In this document: piece after piece, positions 37,359 to 47,181 of the stretch | Layout of the letters: each line of letters begins with the position of its first letter | How positions within the stretch are numbered: the stretch's first letter is position 1 | Source of the DNA: a virus | Lineage: Duplodnaviria > Caudoviricetes | Direction: 5' to 3' (one strand) | DNA length: 58,445 nucleotides | IMG/VR virus record: IMGVR_UViG_3300009159_005446 | Span: 1-58,445 of that record | Translations under genes and position numbers: made by a program | The notes under the pieces: generated by a model | Told to the model about the DNA's origin: nothing | The model's database searches: none | The model's input: the letters and a program-made list of their open reading frames with translations, nothing else

Positions 37359-37876
37359 AAACAAGTCAATATGGAGAGATAATTTACAACGATCACGACC
37401 TTGTGCATATACTAATGCAAGGACGAGATATCTTGAAGTTGAAAAATCTCACAGTAGATCATTCAGTAGATATTGAAAACTTGGCTGGTTTTTTAGAAGA
37501 TCCCGAAAGTTTGTTAACCTGGACCTTTCCTGAAGGTAGCAATGTGTCGGTATCTGAGTTTGATGCTGTACAACAGCAACATTGGCACATGCCACAAGAG
37601 TACAAACAGTTAGATATTGCAGAGTATTTGTTGGCCTTGTGTAACACACAAGAAGAATTGCAAAGAGTGGGTGAGGAATTGCTGTTGTTTCAAGAGCGTG
37701 ACTTGTTTGATCTGTTGCGCTATTTGAAATACCTTGTGGATGTCATGCAAGAAAACCATGTTATTTGGGGAGTAGGTCGAGGGTCTAGTGTGGCCAGCTA
37801 TGTGCTTTACAAACTGGGTGTACATCGAATAGACAGCATGTTCTGGGATTTAGACCCCAGGGAATTTTTACGTTAA
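37355..37876 (+). CDS. dnaE: DNA polymerase III alpha subunit fragment (stand-alone piece)
   Basis: RVGEEL..LRYLKYLVDVM..WGVGRGSSVASYVLYKLGVHRID; only 173 aa. Confidence 0.8.
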   Translation: MKTSQYGEIIYNDHDLVHILMQGRDILKLKNLTVDHSVDIENLAGFLEDPESLLTWTFPEGSNVSVSEFDAVQQQHWHMPQEYKQLDIAEYLLALCNTQEELQRVGEELLLFQERDLFDLLRYLKYLVDVMQENHVIWGVGRGSSVASYVLYKLGVHRIDSMFWDLDPREFLR

Positions 37877-37907
37877 ATATATCTGTAGTCACACAAGGAG
37901 AATTACA

Positions 37908-38237
37908 ATGACCCAAAAAACTTATAGAACTGCACAAGGACGCATCATCGACCTTGGAGTATTACAACTTCAAAATGAACATGTACGAGCAGTAGGCAAC
38001 ATGAACGTCAACGCCCGTGGAGACCTTGTGGATGCTGTCAATCGCCCTATTGCCACACGCAATACACAGATCAACAAGCAGTACAATCGACAAATTGGCA
38101 CCAATGTATCCAAGTCCCAAGTTAACACACCGCCAGTGCCCAATCGTGCTCGTCCAATCGAAACCATGGAGCACATTGTGCCTCCAGAAGATTTTGACGA
38201 CAATTTTGACAAATCATCACTCAACAAAAAAGTTTAA
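37908..38237 (+). CDS. Hypothetical late protein
   Basis: TAAATA at 37874, AAGGAG RBS; AVGNMNVNARGD. Confidence 0.8.
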   Translation: MTQKTYRTAQGRIIDLGVLQLQNEHVRAVGNMNVNARGDLVDAVNRPIATRNTQINKQYNRQIGTNVSKSQVNTPPVPNRARPIETMEHIVPPEDFDDNFDKSSLNKKV

Positions 38238-38255
38238 TTACATAGGATTTAATTA

Positions 38256-38639
38256 ATGACAAAAGCCGCATTTGCACCTCACCGAGTAAGTAACCTACGC
38301 CCACTAGACAACACTGTGATAGTTGAGGACATGACGTTTTCTGAACGACAACTAAGTTCGGGAATTGTGCTGTTAAACGACAATGGTACCACTGCTGGTA
38401 TTCGCCCACGGTGGGGACGAGTGTATGCCACAGGTCCCAACCAACGTGATGTTACTGTGGGACAATGGATCTGTGTGGCACACGGACGCTGGACACGTGG
38501 TGTAGAAATTGAAGATGACGCGGGGCCAAGAACAATTCGCAAAGTTGACCCTAAAGACATCCTGTTAGTATCAAATGAACAACCTGATGATGACACTATG
38601 AGCGATGCCATCCAGGCACAAGCTAAAAATAGATTCTAA
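38256..38639 (+). CDS. groES: Co-chaperonin GroES-like protein
   Basis: LRPLDNTVIV..SSGIVL..WGRVYATGP..VTVGQ. Confidence 0.8.
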   Translation: MTKAAFAPHRVSNLRPLDNTVIVEDMTFSERQLSSGIVLLNDNGTTAGIRPRWGRVYATGPNQRDVTVGQWICVAHGRWTRGVEIEDDAGPRTIRKVDPKDILLVSNEQPDDDTMSDAIQAQAKNRF

Positions 38640-38864
38640 ATGGGATTTCAAAAACGTTGGGACTTGCCCGATTTGTACGCACAGGTTCGGGCATTGTCAA
38701 TTGAAATTAACAGTCCTTACAATGACGGTTTTACCGCTTTCGCTTGCAAACAAGAACTTTATCAGCTAAAATGCTTTATAGAAGATCAATACAACAATCT
38801 TCCTACATTTAGCGGAGAAGAAGAGTGGGAACAACAGAGAATAATACAAAAGCTCAAGAAATAG
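38640..38864 (+). CDS. Hypothetical protein
   Basis: SPYNDGFTAFACKQELY. Confidence 0.7.
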   Translation: MGFQKRWDLPDLYAQVRALSIEINSPYNDGFTAFACKQELYQLKCFIEDQYNNLPTFSGEEEWEQQRIIQKLKK

Positions 38865-39109
38865 TTTGCAACATTTGCAGACAACCATATCATCCCGATT
38901 GTAATTACAAACAAGGGCGTTGCCCGAACCATCCACCTATGATAGAAATTCAACCAAAAGATACAAGCCGGGGACATTTTTATGTCAGCCTTGTCAAGAG
39001 TGCATTGCGAGTCGTTGCCGGCGGCAATTTAGTAATCGGTAATTTGTTTTGGGCAGGAACATTTTTAATTCTTGCTGAAGTGTTAGGTGTTGTTGAGGAA
39101 CTGGTATGA
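38825..39109 (+). CDS. Small membrane protein with possible Cys/His finger (start uncertain, alternative 38939)
   Basis: CNIC..C..CPNH, then HFYVSLVKSALR..AEVLGVVEELV. Confidence 0.6.
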   Translation: MGTTENNTKAQEIVCNICRQPYHPDCNYKQGRCPNHPPMIEIQPKDTSRGHFYVSLVKSALRVVAGGNLVIGNLFWAGTFLILAEVLGVVEELV

Positions 39110-40026
39110 AACAACTTTGGACTGAGAAATATCGCCCCGCAACCCTAACAGACTATGTGTTTAGGGACAATGCACAACGTCAACAAGTACAAGGCTGGGT
39201 AGACTCAGGTGCCATCCCGCATTTGTTATTCTCAGGTGCTCCGGGTGTGGGCAAGACCACCTTGGCCAAGATCCTGATCAATGAACTGGGAATTGATGAT
39301 TACGATGTGCTCGAAATCAATGCGTCACGTGAAAACTCTGTAGACACAATCCGCGACAAGATCACAGGCTTTGTTGCCACAATGCCATTTGGTGCGTTCA
39401 AGATTGTACTGTTAGACGAAGCTGACTATATCACGCCCAACGGACAGGCTGCATTGCGTGGTGTTATGGAAACGTATCATGCCAGTGCTCGCTTTATTCT
39501 CACTTGTAACTATCCCAATCGGGTGATTCCTGCGCTACATTCTAGATGTCAAGGTTTCCACATTGAACGTGTGGATATTACAGAGTTCACTGCCAGAATG
39601 GCCACTGTGCTAGTTACTGAAGGTGTGGAGTTTGATCTTGACACACTTGACAGCTATGTGAGAGCCACATACCCTGACTTGCGCAAGTGTCTGAATGTGT
39701 GCCAAATGAATAGCACAGAAGGACGACTGTCGGCACCACATGGTGACGAGGGCGGCGGTGTTAAAGAGTGGAAGGTGGATGTTGTGAACTTGTTCAAGGC
39801 CGGACGCACACTAGACGCTCGAAAGCTAATGTGCCAAAGCGCAAGACCCGAAGAGATGGAAGAAGTGTTTCGTTGGATGTACGACAACTTGGACTTGTGG
39901 TCAAGCGAGCCGGAAAAACAAGACCAAGCCATTGTTATTATTCGGCAAGGGCTTGTGAATCATAGTTTTGTAGCAGATGCTGAAATCAATCTCAGTGCTA
40001 CGCTAGTGGAACTTTGCCAACTCTGA
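39106..40026 (+). CDS. Replication factor C-like clamp loader subunit (AAA+)
   Basis: WTEKYRP, GAPGVGKT, EINAS, LLDEAD, ALHSRC. Confidence 0.93.
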   Translation: MKQLWTEKYRPATLTDYVFRDNAQRQQVQGWVDSGAIPHLLFSGAPGVGKTTLAKILINELGIDDYDVLEINASRENSVDTIRDKITGFVATMPFGAFKIVLLDEADYITPNGQAALRGVMETYHASARFILTCNYPNRVIPALHSRCQGFHIERVDITEFTARMATVLVTEGVEFDLDTLDSYVRATYPDLRKCLNVCQMNSTEGRLSAPHGDEGGGVKEWKVDVVNLFKAGRTLDARKLMCQSARPEEMEEVFRWMYDNLDLWSSEPEKQDQAIVIIRQGLVNHSFVADAEINLSATLVELCQL

Positions 40027-40586
40027 TGAAAATAGCCATTGTAGGTGACAGTTTTGCAACAGACGAAGTTGCCGACAGCTGGGTAGCTCTGCTTCGAGCA
40101 CAGCACCATGTGACTAATCTCAGTCAACGAGGCATCAGTCAATACAGATTACTGACCATTGTTGAAGAGAACTTGCCCAGCATACTTGAGCATGACTGTG
40201 CAATTGTGTGGCACACCAATCCAGATCGAGTGTATGTAAACAATGATGTGTCTTTCCCCACTAGAACACTTGCATCCCACCCACATGCAGATCTAGTGGC
40301 AGCTGATAGTTTAAGCAGTAGTAACACACACTGGCGTCGAACTGCTGAAACTTATTATCGGGTGTTTCACAGTATCCCACAGCAAGAGTTGTATCATAAA
40401 CTTGTTGTACAACATATTCAAAAATTAATGCAACCCATTCAATCTGTACATTGTAGTGGGTTTGCTTTGCCCGGCACAATCTACAGCTTTGCAGATCTGG
40501 TACAAGAACATCCTGGAAATGTTAATCATTTTGATATTGCAGGCAACCAACAAGTATTTGAATATCTAACAAGGAACATGTCATGA
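40026..40586 (+). CDS. SGNH-hydrolase-like protein
   Basis: VGDSF, NLSQRGIS, T.PDR, NHFDIAGN. Confidence 0.6.
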   Translation: MKIAIVGDSFATDEVADSWVALLRAQHHVTNLSQRGISQYRLLTIVEENLPSILEHDCAIVWHTNPDRVYVNNDVSFPTRTLASHPHADLVAADSLSSSNTHWRRTAETYYRVFHSIPQQELYHKLVVQHIQKLMQPIQSVHCSGFALPGTIYSFADLVQEHPGNVNHFDIAGNQQVFEYLTRNMS

Positions 40587-40876
40587 GATACCTAATCATT
40601 ACCTATATCAAACGTCCCAATGGCCAAATGGACGAAAGTACACAAGTGACCATGAGAGTCAAGCCCAAAGACCTGCAGATGGCCTCCGTAATACTTGACT
40701 TCAAGACCCTTTCTGTAGTAAAATGTAGTTTAAATGGTGCTACTGTTCCAAGAGATTGGGATCGAATTGTCAACTATTATTATCAACACTACAAGGCAGT
40801 CATTGAAAGACTGTTTAACGAAAATGGTTATGAAATCAAAAACAAAGAACCCCAGCCAGAAACTGATACTAACTGA
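40583..40876 (+). CDS. Hypothetical protein
   Basis: ATGA coupling; GQMDE..ASVILDF. Confidence 0.75.
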   Translation: MRYLIITYIKRPNGQMDESTQVTMRVKPKDLQMASVILDFKTLSVVKCSLNGATVPRDWDRIVNYYYQHYKAVIERLFNENGYEIKNKEPQPETDTN

Positions 40877-41444
40877 CATTGATGGCGTTTGCCTAGACTG
40901 GGAGTACGCATTCAATGTGTATCTACAGCAACACGGTTTCAACCGAGTAGAAGGCGGCCAATTCAAGTACGATATTGGCAAGCGTTACGGCATTGATTAT
41001 GAACAAGGGCGCAAGCTGATCAAGATCTTTAATGAGTCAGCCGCAATTGGGTTCTTGCCTCCCTTGCGTGACGCCATGTACTACATCAAACGACTGCACG
41101 AAGAGCATGGCTATGTGTTCCATGCCATTACCAGCTTGAGTCTAGACCCCAATGCACAAGAACTGCGCAGAATGAATCTCAACAAACTGTTTGGTAAAAC
41201 AGCATTTGAAGAGATCATTTGCTTGGACACAGGTGCTGACAAAGATGCGGCACTAGAGCCCTACAAAGACTCTGGCTACTACTGGATTGAAGACAAGATC
41301 GTCAACTGCCAAGTGGGCACTGCGCTAGGTCTACGGAGCCTGTTGATGGAGCATGGTCACAACATGGACTATGAAGATGTTGATATCCCCCGAGTAAAGA
41401 ATTGGCGGGAAATCTACAACATCATTGTAGGCCCCGCCAATTAA
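40830..41444 (+). CDS. HAD-superfamily 5'(3')-deoxyribonucleotidase-like protein
   Basis: LTDIDGVCLDW, AITS, K, WIEDK. Confidence 0.82.
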   Translation: MKSKTKNPSQKLILTDIDGVCLDWEYAFNVYLQQHGFNRVEGGQFKYDIGKRYGIDYEQGRKLIKIFNESAAIGFLPPLRDAMYYIKRLHEEHGYVFHAITSLSLDPNAQELRRMNLNKLFGKTAFEEIICLDTGADKDAALEPYKDSGYYWIEDKIVNCQVGTALGLRSLLMEHGHNMDYEDVDIPRVKNWREIYNIIVGPAN

Positions 41445-41449
41445 CCCTG

Positions 41450-42220
41450 CTATCCGTACATCTTTAACACGGATGAGATAATGGGGTGACGTTGAACATC
41501 ACGTGAGCCCAGTTCACTGAGTTGTAGGCCTGGATAGTTGCCAGTTCGTAATCTAGAGCAAAGATCCATCAAGCCGTTGTTGCTGTTGTTTTTGTCAGTT
41601 TGCTCAACATCACCCGTAACCACAATCTTGCTGTTTTCTCCTATGCGTGTGAGTAGCATTTTAAGTTGGTTTGGGGTGGCATTTTGCATTTCATCTGCCA
41701 CAATCCAAGCGTTCTTAAAGGTTCGCCCTCGCATGAATGCCAAGGGCGATATTTCTATTGTTTCATCTTCTATCATGGAAACAACTTCTCGAGGCGAATA
41801 AAACTCCTTCATGATATCTAACAATGGGCGTGTCCAAGGCTCCATTTTTTTCACTAGGTCTCCTGGCAAGAACCCATGTTGCTCATCTTCTACACCCACT
41901 GCAGGGCGAGTTAGTACTACTCGGCGGCAGCGTCCTTGACGCAGTGCCTGTAGTGCAGCCAGCATGGCCAGATAACTCTTGCCTGTGCCTGCAGGACCAA
42001 CAGCAACTGAAATGTTTACTGCGGGATCCAGCAAGTTGAGAATTAGCTGTTCCTGTGCTCGGCTCTTGGGCCTAAGTTCTATGGGGCGGGGTTGGGATTT
42101 TTTTGCAAGTCGAAAGTCTATAGTGTTTTCAGGTTGTTCATAGTACTGTTGCGATTGTTGCATACGGCGTTGGGCTTTGGTTCCACGTGCTCTACTCAAG
42201 TCGATTTCTCCTTTTGACAT
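41450..42220 (-). CDS. phoH: PhoH-family ATPase (true start may be TTG 42199)
   Basis: GPAGTGKS, LTRPAV, GFLPG, LAFMRGRTF, DEMQN, LTRIGENSK, GDVEQTD, VQRHP. Confidence 0.96.
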   Translation of the reverse strand: MSKGEIDLSRARGTKAQRRMQQSQQYYEQPENTIDFRLAKKSQPRPIELRPKSRAQEQLILNLLDPAVNISVAVGPAGTGKSYLAMLAALQALRQGRCRRVVLTRPAVGVEDEQHGFLPGDLVKKMEPWTRPLLDIMKEFYSPREVVSMIEDETIEISPLAFMRGRTFKNAWIVADEMQNATPNQLKMLLTRIGENSKIVVTGDVEQTDKNNSNNGLMDLCSRLRTGNYPGLQLSELGSRDVQRHPIISSVLKMYG

Positions 42221-42362
42221 GATTGCTACCTTTGCGTGGTATTTACGACCCTGTGCCAGTAGGTATTAACTGCATGTATTTCACGCCAAAACCTCCATAA
42301 GTACTGACCTGGCAACAACTTTTCATAATAATGTCATTCATGTGACCCGCATAAATAACAAC

Positions 42363-42947
42363 ATGGACAAAGACATCTTTAAAGATCACACCGATTACTG
42401 GCTGGTAGCCGACAATATCAAAGACATCTACATGAGTGAAGGTAGCCTGTTGAGCCTTTTGGACTTTGAACGGGTACTAGACGAAATGGATCTCTATGCA
42501 TTCAAGAACTGGCAACTGGGCGAACTGGTAGCCGGACCCGAAATAGGCCGCTACAAGGTTTCCTGCACATTCATGTGGCCCGAAAAACTTATGCCTGATC
42601 CACGTGGCGGCCGTAGATTGTTGCCATTTGATTGTGAAGTAAAATACAAAAAAACACGTATCAAAATCCCGGTAAAAATTGAAGATCCTGAAGATTATCA
42701 ACCTGGTACACACAAAGCTCGACTGATCGAAAAACCTGTATGGCTGGTAGAAATCACCATGCCCAAGAGTCTAATGACCGACATACGTACTGGATCAATT
42801 GAACTTGAAGATGAAAGTGTAGACCTTGAAGATCTTGACGATGCTTACGAGCAGGACATGGATCAAGACGAATACAAAGATGATGACAATGAACAACAGC
42901 AACAACAGCAACAACCAGTCCCAGTTAGCCCAAGCCCCGCTGTTTGA
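42363..42947 (+). CDS. Conserved hypothetical late protein with acidic/poly-Q tail
   Basis: TAAATA at 42352; LLDFERVLDEMDLYAFKNW..MPDPRGG. Confidence 0.8.
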   Translation: MDKDIFKDHTDYWLVADNIKDIYMSEGSLLSLLDFERVLDEMDLYAFKNWQLGELVAGPEIGRYKVSCTFMWPEKLMPDPRGGRRLLPFDCEVKYKKTRIKIPVKIEDPEDYQPGTHKARLIEKPVWLVEITMPKSLMTDIRTGSIELEDESVDLEDLDDAYEQDMDQDEYKDDDNEQQQQQQQPVPVSPSPAV

Positions 42948-43467
42948 AGCACTCAGCTACAAGGACATGGAGGGCATGCTCAAGCCCACTATTCACGTGG
43001 ATGAATTTGCGTCAAAAATGGGCGATGATGACGACATCATTGTGATCAGTTTCTTTGTGCGCAGTAAACAAGCCGCAAATGATCTAACCACATGGTTTGA
43101 AAAAGGATACGATTGGGTGCTTGATGCTGATGTCAGCCCGGGACAAATCAGTCCTGGACGTTATCTAGTTTACATTGAAATTCGCAGACGTAGCAGTGCC
43201 GGCCGTTGGCTTGAACAGTTGTTGGATGATTTAAACACCTTGACTGAATTTGAAGACAGTTCAGCATGGACCATGCACTATGACGGCAAAGAAACACCGT
43301 TTTCTATAGAAACATTTGATCGTTTGATCCCATTAAGTCCCAAAGAATATCGTCGCCGTAAAGAACAAGACCTCAACGAAATGCGCATCGCCGCTGGAGT
43401 TGATCCCAAGCAAATTTACGAACGCGAACAAGATATTCGCCAGTTGCAAGCCGCAGCCGGTATATAA
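42889..43467 (+). CDS. Hypothetical protein (start uncertain)
   Basis: IHVDEFASKMGDDDDIIVISF..FEKGYDWVLDADVS. Confidence 0.75.
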   Translation: MNNSNNSNNQSQLAQAPLFEALSYKDMEGMLKPTIHVDEFASKMGDDDDIIVISFFVRSKQAANDLTTWFEKGYDWVLDADVSPGQISPGRYLVYIEIRRRSSAGRWLEQLLDDLNTLTEFEDSSAWTMHYDGKETPFSIETFDRLIPLSPKEYRRRKEQDLNEMRIAAGVDPKQIYEREQDIRQLQAAAGI

Positions 43468-43471
43468 ATCA

Positions 43472-44131
43472 ATGCAAATCAAAAGTTTTGGCTGTAGCTT
43501 TATCTACGGCACCGACCTACCTGACGACAAAAAAGCCAGCCGCCCCAGACCCAGTGCCATGACATGGCCAGCACTGCTGGCACAGCGTCTAAAGCTAGAT
43601 TATGCTTGTTATGCCCAGGGCGGGCAGGGCAACACGTTTATCCTGGATCAAATACTATGCGAAGCAGCCAAGCCCACCAGAGACTTGTTTGTAATTGGTT
43701 GGAGCTGGATAGATCGATTTGACTATGTGAACAAACAAGAACTAGACTGGGTGGACTGGAAAGCAATTCGCCCCACAACAGATGATGCTGTGTCCGCCAC
43801 CTACTACAGACACTTGCACAGCCAATATCGAGACAAATTGTCCAGCTTGGTATGTATGCAAAGCGCAATTGATACATTGCAACGCAAAAACATTCCGTTT
43901 ATCATGACTTCTATTGATGACATACTATTTGAACGTCAATGGAACGTGGCCCTGAGCATAGGTGATCTACAGGATTATGTAGAGCCGTATGTGACCAGGT
44001 TTGATGGCACTAACTTTCTTGACTGGAGTCGACAGCAGGGGTTTCCCATTAGTGATACCTGGCACCCGTTAGCGCAAGCACACCAAGCAGCCGCTGATGT
44101 CATGTTGCCCCGGGCTCAGAGCTTGGTGTAA
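43472..44131 (+). CDS. SGNH-hydrolase-like protein
   Basis: FGCSF, GGQGN, GWSWIDR, WHPLAQAH. Confidence 0.65.
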   Translation: MQIKSFGCSFIYGTDLPDDKKASRPRPSAMTWPALLAQRLKLDYACYAQGGQGNTFILDQILCEAAKPTRDLFVIGWSWIDRFDYVNKQELDWVDWKAIRPTTDDAVSATYYRHLHSQYRDKLSSLVCMQSAIDTLQRKNIPFIMTSIDDILFERQWNVALSIGDLQDYVEPYVTRFDGTNFLDWSRQQGFPISDTWHPLAQAHQAAADVMLPRAQSLV

Positions 44132-44850
44132 ACAAAATACAATCGTTCATTTGCATCCTTTTTAAAGGTGTCTAAATGCAGATTGTACTTTTCAGCAAAT
44201 TCATTTACTACTTCAAAAGTCCAATTAAAGATTTCCACATACGGCCCTGTCTTGTGTGTGATTCCGGGATTGGCACGTAAGAAGAACTTACCACCCGGCT
44301 TTAATAAACTAACACAGTGACTAAAACGTGCTTCAATTTCTTCACGATCATTAAAGTTAATTGATCCCAGGGCCATGATAACATCATGTGATTCGGGCTT
44401 GACTTTGTAGTCTAGGATGTCTACTTCATAATCGGCTTGATTGTTGTAGGGATCGATACCTATTAGGTTCTGTATGCGTCCTTTAAAAGGATGATATCCG
44501 CAACCCACATCTAGCACTTTTTCTGGGTTGAGTGCGTTGACTTCTTCAACCAGTTGCCAGCCTGTGTGCTCATAGTCGTTTGTGCGTGGCTTCCAGATCT
44601 CACTAAAGAAACGCAGGATATAACGCTCGCTTAGGTCGTCCACAATACCACGTAGTGTGCCCACATAGTCACTTGGCAATTGCAGTTCAGCTTCTACAGC
44701 ATCTTTAAACTTGCGGTAACGTGCTGGAGTCCAAGGCAAAGAGTCCACAAGTGTATGCGGCCCAATGGTGCTACGAATTTGCTCGTATTTGGGTAAATTA
44801 AAAGCACGAAGCAAATTTTCGTGCACTAGGTTAAAAATTTTGGTGTTCAT
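44116..44850 (-). CDS. Class I SAM-dependent methyltransferase with ACP-like N-terminal domain
   Basis: VLDVGCG, GIDP, LLKPGG; N-terminal ~75 aa has carrier-protein-like helix spacing. Confidence 0.8.
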   Translation of the reverse strand: MNTKIFNLVHENLLRAFNLPKYEQIRSTIGPHTLVDSLPWTPARYRKFKDAVEAELQLPSDYVGTLRGIVDDLSERYILRFFSEIWKPRTNDYEHTGWQLVEEVNALNPEKVLDVGCGYHPFKGRIQNLIGIDPYNNQADYEVDILDYKVKPESHDVIMALGSINFNDREEIEARFSHCVSLLKPGGKFFLRANPGITHKTGPYVEIFNWTFEVVNEFAEKYNLHLDTFKKDANERLYFVYTKL

Positions 44851-44943
44851 AAAAAAATTTCTTTGAGGTAAATAAAATTTACAAGAGTACTAGAAAATTT
44901 CCTGGTACGCTTGTTTTCTGTTAAGTATATTTAAGGAGATAAC

Positions 44944-45642
44944 ATGCTTACATCAAAAGATTTCGTCGCCAAATTGGTTGCTGATAATCAAGCCCTTTTC
45001 AAAGCCAGCCAACACAATGTTCGTGCTTATTTTGAATCAAAACCAGCTCAAGCAGAGCTAGTGGAACACTTTATCGGCCGCATGGTCAACGAGCGTATGA
45101 ATATGGTTGAAATCAGCCGTGCCATTGCTGACATGCCTGCTGATGCAGATCCAGTTGAGTTGCAGTTGTTAACACAACAAGCACACGACGAAGCTGTGCA
45201 TTTCCGCTTGGTCAAGGAAGTTATTGAACACATTCAAGGTAGCCCAGTTGATGTTGCTGCCGCAATTGCTCGCGAAGCGGCCAAGCCCACTGCCAAAGGT
45301 GCTGGTTTATTGGCCAAGTACAGTGCTGAAACTGATCCTGCTGCCTTGGCTGCTTATCAGTTGGTTGCTGAAGGCCGTGCAGAAGCTGTGTGGGACGAAA
45401 TGGCTGATTGCATTGAAGACACGTTTATCTCTGGCGCATATCGCAAGATTGCCAAGGACGAAGGCTTTCACGCCAAAATTGGTGCTCGTGCACTAGAGAA
45501 GTTTGTGGGCACTGAAGAAGAGCAAGAGCGTATTGAAAGCCTGGTACAAGCCATGCGTCGTGACTTGTATGACATTTCATGCCGAAACACAGTTGCTGCC
45601 GAGTCAGGCCGTGAACTGGTAGCTGACGCATACGGTTGGTAA
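44944..45642 (+). CDS. Ferritin-like diiron-carboxylate protein
   Basis: NERMN..HDEAVH..AEGRA..KDEGFH (two E...ExxH pairs); AAGGAG RBS; TAAATA at 44869. Confidence 0.82.
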   Translation: MLTSKDFVAKLVADNQALFKASQHNVRAYFESKPAQAELVEHFIGRMVNERMNMVEISRAIADMPADADPVELQLLTQQAHDEAVHFRLVKEVIEHIQGSPVDVAAAIAREAAKPTAKGAGLLAKYSAETDPAALAAYQLVAEGRAEAVWDEMADCIEDTFISGAYRKIAKDEGFHAKIGARALEKFVGTEEEQERIESLVQAMRRDLYDISCRNTVAAESGRELVADAYGW

Positions 45643-45643
45643 T

Positions 45644-46204
45644 TTGCTAATAGGATTAAGTCAAAGAATCCTATGGCATCGCACACGAGCGTATGATGCA
45701 CTTGAACATGGATGGTATTCATATTTGAGACAACACACGCTCGTGCCCATAGCGAACGATCCCGAGCAGGATTTCAAAGCAATTGCTCAAGCACTAGATG
45801 CGTTTGTTATCACCGGAGGTGATGACAGTATCATACGCAGAACAACAGAAATTAAACTTGCAAAACTCATGATGTTGCTAGACAAGCCGGTTTTGGGCGT
45901 TTGTCATGGCGCATTTATGTTAACGGATTTACTGGGAGGTAGTGTGGTGGCCGCTGTTGGTGATCACTCAGAAACACTGCATCCTGTAATGTACTTTGGG
46001 GAAGAGGTTGTGGTCAATAGCTTTCATAACTTGGCTATTCAACGATTGCACTCCTCAGGTACTGTGCTGTGTACTGACTCTGACGGACATGTTGAGTCCT
46101 GGATTGATGGTACACTAGCGGGGGTGGTCTGGCACCCCGAACGCATGGATAGTCCATGGATTCCAGATGAAATAGAAAATTTACTTTTTAAGGAAACAAA
46201 ATGA
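45644..46204 (+). CDS. Class I glutamine amidotransferase / peptidase C26
   Basis: ITGGDD, LGVCHG, VNSFH, WHPE. Confidence 0.88.
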   Translation: MLIGLSQRILWHRTRAYDALEHGWYSYLRQHTLVPIANDPEQDFKAIAQALDAFVITGGDDSIIRRTTEIKLAKLMMLLDKPVLGVCHGAFMLTDLLGGSVVAAVGDHSETLHPVMYFGEEVVVNSFHNLAIQRLHSSGTVLCTDSDGHVESWIDGTLAGVVWHPERMDSPWIPDEIENLLFKETK

Positions 46205-47181
46205 AACGTTTATTAGCACTATTGCTTGTTACCGCAAGCACACTAGTCCACGCATGGGAGCCTACAAAGCCCGTTACTGTGTTTGTGGGTAATACTCCCG
46301 GTGCAGGAAATGAAATTGCTTTTAGAAAACTAGCAGATATTGTACAGAAACAAAATCCAAAGTTTGTGTATGTTGTACAAAACATTCCCGGAGCTGATTC
46401 AACGATTGCAAACAATAGATTCTTAACTGAGCCCAACGATGGTTATACCATTAACTTGCCCAGTCACATGAGTTCTTATGTGACAAATGATATCTGGGAA
46501 AAGAAAATTAAAAAGTACAATTACGACACATTTGTTGATGTATTGACCATGGGCAAAAGCCCACTTGTACTAGTGGCTGGTGCAAAAAGTCAAGTTGAAA
46601 CTCCAGTTGATTTTATTAGATATATTCACACATCCACAAAGCCGATTAATATCGCCGTGGGCGGCGGCGCACACCGTACAGCTTATGAATATCTAATAGA
46701 ATCAGCACACGGTGATCGTAATCTTATTAAGCCTATTAGATTTAACGGGCCTGCTCCAGCAGTACAAAGTGTTGCCAGCTTTGATCCCAAGCTAGGCGGA
46801 ACAGAATTTGGTATCATGCCCATTGCTGTTGCCCGTCCACTAGTAGAAGCAGGTAAAGTACGGGCAATTGGATTTACAGGCACACGCACAATGCCACAAT
46901 TCCCCAACGTTCCACTATTAAATTCAGTGGCACCGGGTATTAACGTATATGCCGCTTGGAGCATTCAGTTGCCGCCAGGCACAGATAAAGAAATTGTAGC
47001 ATGGTACCAAAAGAATTTCTCGGCTGCAGTCAAGAGCAAAGAATACGCACAGTGGCGAGATATCAATGTGGTATTCTACGTAGAGGATGAGTTAACTCCA
47101 GCTGGACTTAAGAAACAAATGGACAATTTACGTGCTACCTTTTTGCCGGTACTGAGTAAAATTGATTTAAGTAAAGAATGA
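46201..47181 (+). CDS. Bug/TctC tripartite tricarboxylate transporter substrate-binding protein
   Basis: Signal peptide; WEPTKPVTVFV..PGAG, VQNIPGA, PNDGYTI, GKVRAIG, FPNVP, PPGTDKEIV. Confidence 0.88.
   Translation: MKRLLALLLVTASTLVHAWEPTKPVTVFVGNTPGAGNEIAFRKLADIVQKQNPKFVYVVQNIPGADSTIANNRFLTEPNDGYTINLPSHMSSYVTNDIWEKKIKKYNYDTFVDVLTMGKSPLVLVAGAKSQVETPVDFIRYIHTSTKPINIAVGGGAHRTAYEYLIESAHGDRNLIKPIRFNGPAPAVQSVASFDPKLGGTEFGIMPIAVARPLVEAGKVRAIGFTGTRTMPQFPNVPLLNSVAPGINVYAAWSIQLPPGTDKEIVAWYQKNFSAAVKSKEYAQWRDINVVFYVEDELTPAGLKKQMDNLRATFLPVLSKIDLSKE

Noticed and set aside
42880-42947. AACAACAGC repeats as a slippage or frameshift site fusing two ORFs
   Set aside because: Adequately explained as a low-complexity overlap (poly-Q in one frame, poly-N/S in the other); no canonical slippery heptamer or downstream structure seen.
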